The translations under genes were made by a program, and so were the position numbers. From NCBI GenBank assembly GCA_964431915.1, contig CAYSLI010000001.1:191824-255823 (forward strand): a stretch of 64,000 bases of DNA, in the 5' to 3' direction. The notes beneath the pieces were generated by a model. That model was not told where the DNA came from and searched no databases. It worked only from the letters and a program-made list of their open reading frames with translations. This DNA is from an uncultured Candidatus Saccharibacteria bacterium (GTDB taxonomy: Bacteria; Patescibacteriota; Minisyncoccia; Minisyncoccales; CAZKCU01). Below are positions 33,487 to 43,058 of the stretch, one piece after another. Position 1 is the stretch's first letter, and every line of letters starts with the position of its first letter.

Positions 33487-35931
33487 ATGAAACTTCCAAT
33501 AAAAATTAATTCAAATAATAATCTTCCTAAAAAAACTTCTCTGAGACAAAAGAGGTCTTCTGTTAAAACCGAGCCCATTCGACTGGCTCAGGGCAAGGAA
33601 ACTCCAGATACTAAAATCCAGATTCTCAAGAAGGTTAAGCTCTGGGATAAAATTGCCAAGGTTAGTATCTATCTTTTAGTATTTCTAACGCCTCTATTTT
33701 TTCTTCCTTGGACTCTTAACGTTCTTGATTTTAACAAGCAGGCCTTGATGGGGATTTTAGTAATTTTAGCCCTTTTTGCCTGGATTTTGAAAATTTTGGT
33801 TTCTGGCAAATTTGAATTTAATCTAAGCTGGCTTTCTCTTCCGATAGTAATAATGCTGGTGGTTTATGGGATTTCAACCCTTTTTTCTTTTTGGCCTTAT
33901 GGAAGTTTTTGGGGCTGGCCGCTTAATGTTAGCGCCGGATTTTTGACCCTACTTTATTTCGTATTTTTGTATTTTTTAATCGCCAATGTTTTTACAAAAA
34001 AGCAAGAGATTTTTCGGCTTTTTCTTACTTTAGTTAGTTCAGGATTTTTAGCAGCAGTCTTTGGCGGGCTTCAACTCTTTAGTAAATTTATCTTACCATG
34101 GGATTTTACCAGAATTATCTCTTTTAACACCATCGGAACAGTAAATTCGCTGGCCATATTTTTAGCTATTTTGCTTCCTTTGACAATTATCTTACAGCTT
34201 ATTGCGAAAAAGTGGATGCGGATGATGTTAGCGATTTTTGCCTTGGTAATGTTAGTTAGTTTAGTTTTGGTTAATTTTTGGGCGGCCTGGTTGGTTTTAA
34301 TCGCGGGGGCAGCAATACTTTTTATTTTTCAGATGCTTAACATTAAGGCTATTCATGGTGGCGGGATTCAGCTCTCAATAGCTCTTTTAATTATTGCTTT
34401 GTTTTTCGTTATTTTTAGGATTTCTTTGCCCGGCCTTCCCCAAACTCCATTTGAAGTTTCCCCAAGCCAGAGAGCAGAAATCAGTATTGCCGCAAACACT
34501 CTATCTAAATCTCCTATTTTGGGTACGGGACCGGGAAGTTTTGTCTATAATTTCTCAAAATTTAAATCAAAAGACCTGAACCAGACAATTTTTTGGAATG
34601 TCAGGTTTGTATCAGGTGCTTCAGAAATTCTTGATAAATTAATCACCACCGGAATTCTGGGAGTTCTTTCTTTAATTTCTATTTTTGGAATGTTTTTCTG
34701 GCTGGGTTTTAGATATTTAAGAGAAAAAGCCAGAGATATAATAGATGGAGCACCTTTCCTGTTTGGGCTGGGAATTTTTTCGTCTTTTGGCGGAATAGTC
34801 TTGAGCCAATTTCTCTATCCTGCTAATTTTTCTTTAGCTTTAGTTTTTTGGATATTGCTGGCAGGATTTACAGCGCTTGATAAAAGAAAAATTAAATCTT
34901 GGGAGATTAGCCCTGGTTCTTCTCTGGTGGTAGGATTATCTTTTTGCTTAGTTTTGGTTTTAATTTTTGGCATTGGACTTCTTTTCCTTGGAACCCAAAA
35001 ATATATGTCCGAAATAAAGTATTTTCAGGGATTGAGAGATTGGCAAGCGGGCCAAACAGAGCAGGCGATTTCACGTCTAAAAGCAGCAATTAATTTAAAT
35101 CCAAGCTTAGACGTCTATTGGCGAGATATCTCCCAGCTTTATTTAGTAAGATTAGACGAAGTTTTGCAGAGGGCTGACTTAAAGGAGATGACTTCCGAGG
35201 ACCAAATTCTTATGACTGGAGCTATAGATTCGGCAAAAGAGGCAACCAGATTAAATGAAGTTAATGTCGCTAATTGGAATGTCAGAGGATTCATTTATCG
35301 GAATATGATGGGAATAGTTGAAGGCGCCGGGGACTGGGCCCTGAATTCCTATCAGAAGGCAGGGGAATTGGAGCCTACAAATCCTTATATATTTACTGAA
35401 ATTGGCAGAATTTATATTTCAAAATTTGATTTAGGTGAAGGAGAGAGGCAAGAAAATTTAAGATTAGCTTTAGAAAGTTTTGAGCGGTCCCTTCAGCTTA
35501 AAGAGGATTATGCTCCAGCCCATTTCCAGATTGCGATGATTTATGTTAGAGAGGGAAAAACTAAGGAGGCAATAGATAAAATTGAGACAATCAAAGAGGT
35601 AGCACCGCTTGATGCAGGTCTCGCCTTTCAATTAGGTGTTATTTATTACAATGATAATCAGTTTGACAAGGCGAAAGGAGAATTTCAAAGAGCGATAAGA
35701 TTAGATGGAAATTATTCCAATGCCCGTTATTTTCTGGGATTGATTTATGACCGGGAGGAAAATAAAAAGGGAGCAATTTTGCAATTTGAAAGGATTGAAA
35801 AATTAAACCCCGAAAATTCAGAAGTTAAAAAGATTTTGGCTAATTTAAGAGCTGGAAAGCCGGCTTTAGAAGGGATTGAGCCAAGCCAGCCCCCAATTGA
35901 AGAAGCGCCCCCAGAAAGATTAGAGAAGTAA
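33487..35931 (+). CDS. Polytopic membrane protein with O-antigen-ligase/Wzy_C-like domain and C-terminal TPR repeats
   Basis: About 12 TM helices. ILGTGPGSF motif of the O-antigen ligase family. The C-terminal ~300 aa are TPR-like (AxxxY/F periodic repeats). Confidence 0.55.
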   Translation: MKLPIKINSNNNLPKKTSLRQKRSSVKTEPIRLAQGKETPDTKIQILKKVKLWDKIAKVSIYLLVFLTPLFFLPWTLNVLDFNKQALMGILVILALFAWILKILVSGKFEFNLSWLSLPIVIMLVVYGISTLFSFWPYGSFWGWPLNVSAGFLTLLYFVFLYFLIANVFTKKQEIFRLFLTLVSSGFLAAVFGGLQLFSKFILPWDFTRIISFNTIGTVNSLAIFLAILLPLTIILQLIAKKWMRMMLAIFALVMLVSLVLVNFWAAWLVLIAGAAILFIFQMLNIKAIHGGGIQLSIALLIIALFFVIFRISLPGLPQTPFEVSPSQRAEISIAANTLSKSPILGTGPGSFVYNFSKFKSKDLNQTIFWNVRFVSGASEILDKLITTGILGVLSLISIFGMFFWLGFRYLREKARDIIDGAPFLFGLGIFSSFGGIVLSQFLYPANFSLALVFWILLAGFTALDKRKIKSWEISPGSSLVVGLSFCLVLVLIFGIGLLFLGTQKYMSEIKYFQGLRDWQAGQTEQAISRLKAAINLNPSLDVYWRDISQLYLVRLDEVLQRADLKEMTSEDQILMTGAIDSAKEATRLNEVNVANWNVRGFIYRNMMGIVEGAGDWALNSYQKAGELEPTNPYIFTEIGRIYISKFDLGEGERQENLRLALESFERSLQLKEDYAPAHFQIAMIYVREGKTKEAIDKIETIKEVAPLDAGLAFQLGVIYYNDNQFDKAKGEFQRAIRLDGNYSNARYFLGLIYDREENKKGAILQFERIEKLNPENSEVKKILANLRAGKPALEGIEPSQPPIEEAPPERLEK

Positions 35932-35953
35932 TTTTTATCCTGAATTTTTACCC

Positions 35954-35976
35954 TATTGATTTACGAAATCAATAGA
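35954..35976 (+). terminator. Perfect 10-bp inverted repeat (ctattgattt-acg-aaatcaatag) downstream of the TPR membrane gene. Candidate terminator or operator.
   Basis: Seen directly in the sequence. There is no strong T-tract after it. Confidence 0.35.
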
Positions 35977-36077
35977 TTGAGCGGAGCTTGACTTTTTTGG
36001 ACAAAGGGAATAAAATAAATTGATTATTAATTTCATTACTTGATTTCTCTTAGTTAAAAAATTAAATAAAAGACATG

Positions 36078-36110
36078 ACCCTAAAAAACAGGAGCTTAGG
36101 GTATTTTTAA
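36078..36110 (+). terminator. Terminator/attenuator-like hairpin plus T-run just upstream of rpoB
   Basis: accctaa-aaaaacaggag-ttagggt followed by atttttaaattttgcttt. rpoB ATG is at 36121. Confidence 0.3.
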
Positions 36111-36120
36111 ATTTTGCTTT

Positions 36121-39100
36121 ATGGAGGAAATAAAAACAAAAAGTTTCTCAAAATCAAAAGTTTCTTTAGATTTACCTTTTTTATTTACTCTCCAAAAAGA
36201 AAGCTGGGAAAGATTTTGGACAGAAGGTTTAAAAGAACTTTTTTCTGAAATTTCTCCAATCAGGGACTATACCAAAAAAGAGTTAGAGCTTTGGTTTTTA
36301 GATTATAAATTAGATACGCCTAAATATAAAACTGATTTTGAGGCAAAACAGAACAATGATTCCTATGAAGCTGCCTTGAGGGCGGTAGTGAAATTAGTCA
36401 ATCTTAAGACCGGAGAAATTAAAGAGCAAGAGGTTTTTTTAACTGATTTCCCCTTAATGACTGAAAGGGGAACTTTTGTTGTTAACGGAGTGGAAAGGGT
36501 GGTAATTTCCCAACTTATTCGTTCTCCCGGAGTCTTTTTTAATAGCCAGTCTCTGCAGGGTAAAGATTGCTTTGGAGCAAAAATTATTCCCAATCGAGGG
36601 TCCTGGTTGGAATTTGAGTCAGACCCCTCTGGTTTTATTGGAGTAAAAATTGACAGAAAAAGAAAGGCTCCAGCTACCACCTTATTAAGAGCTTTTGACA
36701 AGGATAAAGATAAAAATGAAGCGATAAAAGAATTGTTCCGAGATGTAGACACTGGGGAGGTTAAATACATTGAGGAAACTTTAAAGAAAGATTTAACTCA
36801 TAATCAAGATGAGGCCTTGGTTGAGGTTTATCAAAGATTAAGGCCCGGCGATGTAGCTACTCCTGATACAGCTCGGGAACTAATTGAGAACATGTTTTTT
36901 AACTTTGGAAGATATGATTTGTCAAAAGTGGGAAGGTGGCGAATGAGACAGAAATTACCGGCACTCCGCGGCGAGGAAAAAATTAGGGTGCAAGATAGAG
37001 TTCTGAAACCAGAGGATGTGGTGGCGGTTATTCGAGAGATAATCCGTCTTAATAACGATCCAAATGGAAAGCCAGACCAGATTGACCATTTAGGGAATAG
37101 AAGAGTAAGAACTTTAGATGAGCTCTTACAAAACAGGATAAGGGTAGGGTTAATGCGCATGGAAAGGAATATTAAAGACCGGATGTCAACTTTAGATATT
37201 TATACCTTAACTCCGGTTCAACTCATTAACCCCCGTCCGGTTATGGCCATAGTCAAGGAATTTTTCACCTCCTCCCAGATGTCCCAATTTATGGATAATG
37301 AAAATCCTCTGGCTGAGTTAGAGCATAAAAGAAGGTTGTCGGCAACCGGGCCAGGAGGTCTGACCCGGGAAAGAGCTGGATTTGAGGTAAGGGATGTTCA
37401 GCCCTCTCATTACGGAAGAATCTGCCCTATCCAAACTCCAGAAGGACCAAATATCGGATTGGTTGGTCATTTAGCTTCTTTCGCCAGAATTAATCCCTAC
37501 GGTTTTATCGAGACTCCTTATTTTAAAGTAAAAAAAGGTAAGGTGACCTCAGAAATTCATTATCTTAATGCCTATGAAGAAGAGAAATATAATATTGCAT
37601 CGGGAGCTGTGCCAATAGATGAAAAAGGCAATATCTTGCCTCAAAAAGTTGAGGCAAGAATAAAAACTGAACCAGGGCTGGCAGATAGAGAGAAAATTGA
37701 CTTTATTGACGTTTCTTCTGAGCAATCTATTTCAATTGGAGCATCTTGCATCCCTTTTCTACAAAACAATGATGCCAACCGAGCCTTGATGGGATCAAAT
37801 ATGCAAAGACAGGCAGTCCCCTTAATAAAAGCAGAACCTTCTTTAGTTTGTACTGGAAAGGAGGAAAGAATAGCCAGAGACTCTGGCCAGGGAGTGATTG
37901 CCGAAGAAGACGGAGTAGTACTTGAAGTAGACGCTGACCATATTGAAGTCAAAAGTCAAAGATCCAAACTCAAAAGTTATCCTTTGAGAACTTTTATTAG
38001 AACTAACCAATATACTTGTTTTCACCAAAAACCGGTAGTGAAAAAGGGTCAAAAGATTAAAAAAGGAGATTTTTTGGCTGATGGAGGAGCAATGTCTCGG
38101 GGATATCTGGCTTTAGGGCAAAATATTTTAGTGGCCTTTCTTCCCTGGCGGGGAGGGAATTTTGAAGATGCGATTTTAATTTCAGAGAGATTGGTAAAAG
38201 ATGATGCCTATACTTCAATTCATATTGAGAGCTTTAGCTGCGACGTTAGAGAGACAAAATTGGGGCCAGAAATCACTACCTCTGACATTCCTAATGTTTC
38301 AGAAGAGAAATTAAAAGATTTAGACGAGGAGGGAATTGTCAGGATTGGAGCAGAAGTTGGCCCCAATGCTATTTTAGTTGGGAAAATTTCACCAAAAGGA
38401 GAGGCAGATTTAACCGCTGAAGAAAGGTTATTAAGGGCAATTTTTGGAGAAAAAGCCAGAGAAGTAAAGGACACCTCCTTAAGTATGGAACATGGAAAGA
38501 GGGGCAGAGTCGTAGGGATAAAGGTTTTTTCCAGAGAGGCAGGTTATAAATTAGAGCCAGGAGTTATAAAAAGGATTGAGGTAGGGGTGGCCGAGATTCG
38601 GAAAATTCAATCAGGTGATAAGTTATCCGGTCGCCACGGAAACAAAGGAGTAGTTTCTAAGGTTCTACCGACTGAAGAGATGCCGTTTATGGAAGATGGA
38701 ACTCCGATTGATATAATTTTAAATCCCTTGGGCGTTGTTTCGAGGATGAATATCGGCCAGATTTTAGAGACTCACCTGTCTTTTGCAGCCAAAAAATTGG
38801 GCTATATTGCCATTTCCCCGGCTTTGGCAGGGGCTAATGAAAAAGACATAAAAGAAGAACTGAAATTAGCCGGTCTTCCCGAAGATGGAAAGGTTAGATT
38901 ATTTGACGGAAGAACAGGCCTTCCTTTTCCTGGAAAAATTACCATAGGTTATATCTATATGATGAAATTGATCCATATGGTTAAAGATAAAATCCATATG
39001 CGCTCCATAGGTCCTTATTCTTTGATTACCCAACAGCCCTTAGGAGGAAAAGCCCAATTTGGCGGTCAGCGATTTGGCGAAATGGAAGTCTGGGCATTAG

Positions 39101-39312
39101 AAGGTTATGGTGCAGCTCATACTCTTCAGGAAATGCTGACTATAAAATCTGACGATGTTATGGGGAGAGCAGCTACCTACGAAGCAATATTAAAGGGAGA
39201 ACCAATCAGAAGCCCCAATATTCCAGCTTCCTTTAATTTATTGGTTAATGAGTTGAAGGCAATGGGATTATCAATAGAAGTAAAAGAAAAGAAAAAAGAG
39301 GAAACAAAATAA
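36121..39312 (+). CDS. rpoB: DNA-directed RNA polymerase beta subunit
   Basis: 1063 aa with conserved beta-subunit blocks throughout (e.g. ...NMQRQAVPL..., GRHGNKGVVS...). Confidence 0.97.
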   Translation: MEEIKTKSFSKSKVSLDLPFLFTLQKESWERFWTEGLKELFSEISPIRDYTKKELELWFLDYKLDTPKYKTDFEAKQNNDSYEAALRAVVKLVNLKTGEIKEQEVFLTDFPLMTERGTFVVNGVERVVISQLIRSPGVFFNSQSLQGKDCFGAKIIPNRGSWLEFESDPSGFIGVKIDRKRKAPATTLLRAFDKDKDKNEAIKELFRDVDTGEVKYIEETLKKDLTHNQDEALVEVYQRLRPGDVATPDTARELIENMFFNFGRYDLSKVGRWRMRQKLPALRGEEKIRVQDRVLKPEDVVAVIREIIRLNNDPNGKPDQIDHLGNRRVRTLDELLQNRIRVGLMRMERNIKDRMSTLDIYTLTPVQLINPRPVMAIVKEFFTSSQMSQFMDNENPLAELEHKRRLSATGPGGLTRERAGFEVRDVQPSHYGRICPIQTPEGPNIGLVGHLASFARINPYGFIETPYFKVKKGKVTSEIHYLNAYEEEKYNIASGAVPIDEKGNILPQKVEARIKTEPGLADREKIDFIDVSSEQSISIGASCIPFLQNNDANRALMGSNMQRQAVPLIKAEPSLVCTGKEERIARDSGQGVIAEEDGVVLEVDADHIEVKSQRSKLKSYPLRTFIRTNQYTCFHQKPVVKKGQKIKKGDFLADGGAMSRGYLALGQNILVAFLPWRGGNFEDAILISERLVKDDAYTSIHIESFSCDVRETKLGPEITTSDIPNVSEEKLKDLDEEGIVRIGAEVGPNAILVGKISPKGEADLTAEERLLRAIFGEKAREVKDTSLSMEHGKRGRVVGIKVFSREAGYKLEPGVIKRIEVGVAEIRKIQSGDKLSGRHGNKGVVSKVLPTEEMPFMEDGTPIDIILNPLGVVSRMNIGQILETHLSFAAKKLGYIAISPALAGANEKDIKEELKLAGLPEDGKVRLFDGRTGLPFPGKITIGYIYMMKLIHMVKDKIHMRSIGPYSLITQQPLGGKAQFGGQRFGEMEVWALEGYGAAHTLQEMLTIKSDDVMGRAATYEAILKGEPIRSPNIPASFNLLVNELKAMGLSIEVKEKKKEETK

Positions 39313-39326
39313 TATCTATTAATTTT

Positions 39327-42300
39327 ATGAGAGTAGCAGATTTAGAATCAATTAGAATAAAATTAGCCTCACCAGAGGAGATTTTGGGCTGGTCGCATGG
39401 GGAAGTAACCAAACCTGAAACCATTAATTATAGGACTCAAAAGTCAGAGAAGGACGGACTTTTTTGTCAAAAAATTTTTGGGCCGGAAAAAGATTACGAA
39501 TGTTATTGCGGGAAGTACAAAAAAATTCGTTACAAAGGAGTAATTTGTGACAGATGTGGAGTGGAAGTAACAAAATCTTCAGTCAGACGAGAACGGATGG
39601 GTCATATTAAATTGGCGACTCCTTGTTCTCATGTCTGGTTTTTAAGAGGGGTTCCTTCCCGAATGGGAATGATTTTGGATATTCCAGCTCATCAATTGGA
39701 AGGAGTAATTTATTTCGCCTCCTATATTATAACTAGTGTTTCAGAGGAAGCTAAGAAAAAAGTTCTGGGGAAAATCGAGACAGAATACAAGATGAAAGCC
39801 AGAAATCTTAAAAACAAGAAGAACAAGAAGGACCAGAAGAGCCAGAAAAACCCTAAAGCTATAAAAGGTTCTGGGACTACTAAGGTTTCTATGACTGAAT
39901 TAAAGACGGCAAGAGATAGAGCAAGAGAAGAAGTGCTTTCCTTAAAGCCTATGAAAGTCTTATCTGAAATTGAATTTCATGAGTTTTCCTTTAAATATGG
40001 AGAGTGTTTTAAAGCCGGTACCGGGTCAGAAACCCTGAGGAAAATTTTTGAGAAAATTGACCTTAAAAAAAAGATTAATAAATTGAAAGATGAATTAAAG
40101 AAAACCACTTCCCTGACTAGAAGAAAAGTTTTAAGAAGATTAAAAATTTTTCAAGGAATGGAAAGGACCGGCCTCCGACCAGAATGGATGTTCCTGACGG
40201 TTTTGCCGGTATTGCCCCCGGATTTAAGACCAATGGTTCAACTTGATGGCGGAAGATACGCCTCCTCTGACTTAAATGACCTTTATAGGAGGGTAATTAA
40301 TCGAAATAATCGGCTTCGCTACCTTCTGGAAATTGATGCCCCGGAAGTCATTGTCAGAAATGAAAAAAGAATGCTCCAGGAAGCAGTGGATGCTTTAATT
40401 GATAATGGAATGAGAAAAGGAACAATAACCCAGGCTACTACCGGCGGCAGAAGACTTTTGAAATCTTTGACTGATATGCTCAAGGGAAAGCAGGGCAGGT
40501 TTAGACAGAATCTTTTAGGGAAGAGAGTTGATTATTCTGGAAGGTCAGTAATTGTCATTGGCCCTAAGTTGAAACTTGATCAGTGCGGACTTCCTAAAAA
40601 GATGGCTTTGGAGCTCTTCAAACCCTTTATTATTAAGAAAATTTTGGATAAAGAACTTGCCTATAATGTTAGGGGAGCTACAAGGTTGATTGAAACAGAA
40701 ACAGATGAAGTCTGGGCGGCTTTAGAAGAGGTAGTCAAAGATAAATTTGTATTATTGAATCGGGCTCCGACTTTGCACAGATTGGGAATTCAGGCCTTTA
40801 GGCCAGTTTTAATTGAGGGAGAATCAATTAGAGTTCATCCAATGGTTTGCGAGGCTTTTAATGCCGATTTTGACGGGGACCAAATGGCAGTTCATCTTCC
40901 TTTGTCAGATGAGACTCAGAAGGAAGCGGAACAAATAATGTTATCTACTCTCAATCTATTGAAACCAGCTACTGGTGTTTCAATTGTCACTCCTACCCAG
41001 GATATTATTTTAGGATGCTATTGGCTAACAAAAATTGTTGAGGGATTAAAAGGCGAGGGTAAAATTTTTGGTTCTCCAGAGGAGGCGGAACTCGCCTATG
41101 AGTTTGGCCAAATCAATATAAAAGCCAGGATAAAAGTCAGAATGCCGAATGTAGTCAAAGAGGATAAATCCTCTTCTTCACCCTTCGCTGCAGCTCGGGT
41201 AGTTGATGGTTCAAAGTTTATAGAGACGTCTGTAGGAAGAATTTTATTCAACGAAACTTTACCGGAAAATCTTCCTTTTCAAAATAAAGCTATGAATTCT
41301 AAAAAATTAGAGACACTCTTAAGAGAAATTATTGAAAAATATGGGCAGGAGACGTCTTGGAAAACTCTGGATAAAATTAAAGATTTAGGTTTTGAGGCAG
41401 CTACTATTTCCGGAATATCCTGGGGGATGGACGATTTAATTGTTCCTCCCTTAAAGAAGAAAATTATCAAAGAAGCTGAAAAAGAGGTAGAGCAGATTAA
41501 TAACTATTACAAAACTGGTCTTTTTTCCAAAGAAGAAGAAACCAATAAAGTTATTGAGGTTTGGCTGAAGGCAAAATCGGAAATTGAAAAATTGGTGCCT
41601 CAAACTTTACCAAAAACAGGTTCGGTCTTCCAAATTGTAGATTCCGGGGCCCGAGGCTCTTGGGGGCAGCCAGTTCAGATGGCAGGAATGAAAGGTTTGG
41701 TTACTAATCCAGCCGGACAAATTATTGAGCTTCCGGTTAAAAGTTCTTTTAAAGAAGGATTTGATGTCTTGGAATACTTTATTTCTACCCACGGGGCAAG
41801 AAAAGGAACAGCAGATACCGCTTTAAGAACTTCCACTGCAGGTTACCTTACCAGGCGGCTTGTCGATGTTTCTCATGAAGTGGTGATTGGAGAGGAAGAT
41901 TGCGGGGACCAGACAGGAATTGAAATACTTAGACAAGATGCCGAAGATATTGGTCAAAATTTTCTTTTTAAGATTTTGGGAAGAATATCATTAGAGAATG
42001 TAAGATTTAAGGTGGAGGTTCCTGCAGGGAAAAGGGCAACCTTTAAGACCATTGTTAAAAAAGGAGAGATTATTGATTGGAAGAAGGCTGAACAAATAGT
42101 AGAAGCGGGAATTGAGAAAGTCAGAGTGCGTTCTCCAATAAGCTGCAAATCCGTCAGGGGGATTTGTCAAAAATGTTATGGTTGGGATCTTGGGGTAAAT
42201 CAATTGGTTAAATTAGGGGAAGCTGTGGGAATTGTAGCTGCCCAGGCTATTGGAGAACCAGGTACTCAGTTGACCATGAGAACTTTTCATACTGGAGGAG

Positions 42301-43034
42301 TGGCAGGTGGGGGAGATATAACTTTTGGTCTTCCCAGGGTTCAGGAGGTTTTTGAAGCCAGGAGACCTGGAGGAAAGGCCCAAATTTCCCACCTTGGAGG
42401 AAAAGTATTAAAGATAACCCCGGAGAGAGTTATAAAAATCAAAAGTAATAATCCGGGGGAAGCTGCTAAAAAAGCTGAAATTGTTGAGTATCAAATACCG
42501 CCGAAAATGGCTATCTGGGTGAAACCTGGTCAGGATATCAAAGCGGGTCAGCAACTTTGTGAAGGAAGTTTAGATTTAAAAGAGTTATTTAAAATAGGCG
42601 GGACTAAAGAAACCCAGCATTATGTTATTAATGAGATTCAAAAAATTTATGTTTCTCAAGGAGCAACCATTCATGATAAACATATCGAGGTAATAGTTCG
42701 GCAGATGTTCTCGAGGGTAAAAATTAAAGATGCTGGTCAGAGTATTTTTACTCCCGGCGAGATTATTGAGAGGGCAAAATTTTTAGAAATAAATTCTGCC
42801 TTGAAAAAAGAAGGAAAAAAACCGGCGACCTCGGTTCCCATTTTGCTTGGAATATCTCGGGTATCTTTAACTACCGATTCCTTTTTATCGGCTGCTTCTT
42901 TTCAGGAAACTTCAAGAGTTTTGATTAGAGCTGCAATCGAAGGAAAAGAAGATAAACTCCGTGGGTTAAAAGAAAATGTTATTATTGGTAAACTTATACC
43001 AGCTGGGACGGGTTTTAAGAAGTTTAAGAAATAG
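39327..43034 (+). CDS. rpoC: DNA-directed RNA polymerase beta' subunit
   Basis: Zn-finger CYCGKYKKIRYKGVICDRCG. NADFDGD catalytic motif. 1235 aa. Confidence 0.97.
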   Translation: MRVADLESIRIKLASPEEILGWSHGEVTKPETINYRTQKSEKDGLFCQKIFGPEKDYECYCGKYKKIRYKGVICDRCGVEVTKSSVRRERMGHIKLATPCSHVWFLRGVPSRMGMILDIPAHQLEGVIYFASYIITSVSEEAKKKVLGKIETEYKMKARNLKNKKNKKDQKSQKNPKAIKGSGTTKVSMTELKTARDRAREEVLSLKPMKVLSEIEFHEFSFKYGECFKAGTGSETLRKIFEKIDLKKKINKLKDELKKTTSLTRRKVLRRLKIFQGMERTGLRPEWMFLTVLPVLPPDLRPMVQLDGGRYASSDLNDLYRRVINRNNRLRYLLEIDAPEVIVRNEKRMLQEAVDALIDNGMRKGTITQATTGGRRLLKSLTDMLKGKQGRFRQNLLGKRVDYSGRSVIVIGPKLKLDQCGLPKKMALELFKPFIIKKILDKELAYNVRGATRLIETETDEVWAALEEVVKDKFVLLNRAPTLHRLGIQAFRPVLIEGESIRVHPMVCEAFNADFDGDQMAVHLPLSDETQKEAEQIMLSTLNLLKPATGVSIVTPTQDIILGCYWLTKIVEGLKGEGKIFGSPEEAELAYEFGQINIKARIKVRMPNVVKEDKSSSSPFAAARVVDGSKFIETSVGRILFNETLPENLPFQNKAMNSKKLETLLREIIEKYGQETSWKTLDKIKDLGFEAATISGISWGMDDLIVPPLKKKIIKEAEKEVEQINNYYKTGLFSKEEETNKVIEVWLKAKSEIEKLVPQTLPKTGSVFQIVDSGARGSWGQPVQMAGMKGLVTNPAGQIIELPVKSSFKEGFDVLEYFISTHGARKGTADTALRTSTAGYLTRRLVDVSHEVVIGEEDCGDQTGIEILRQDAEDIGQNFLFKILGRISLENVRFKVEVPAGKRATFKTIVKKGEIIDWKKAEQIVEAGIEKVRVRSPISCKSVRGICQKCYGWDLGVNQLVKLGEAVGIVAAQAIGEPGTQLTMRTFHTGGVAGGGDITFGLPRVQEVFEARRPGGKAQISHLGGKVLKITPERVIKIKSNNPGEAAKKAEIVEYQIPPKMAIWVKPGQDIKAGQQLCEGSLDLKELFKIGGTKETQHYVINEIQKIYVSQGATIHDKHIEVIVRQMFSRVKIKDAGQSIFTPGEIIERAKFLEINSALKKEGKKPATSVPILLGISRVSLTTDSFLSAASFQETSRVLIRAAIEGKEDKLRGLKENVIIGKLIPAGTGFKKFKK

Positions 43035-43058
43035 CCAGAAACGATATAATAAAAGAAG

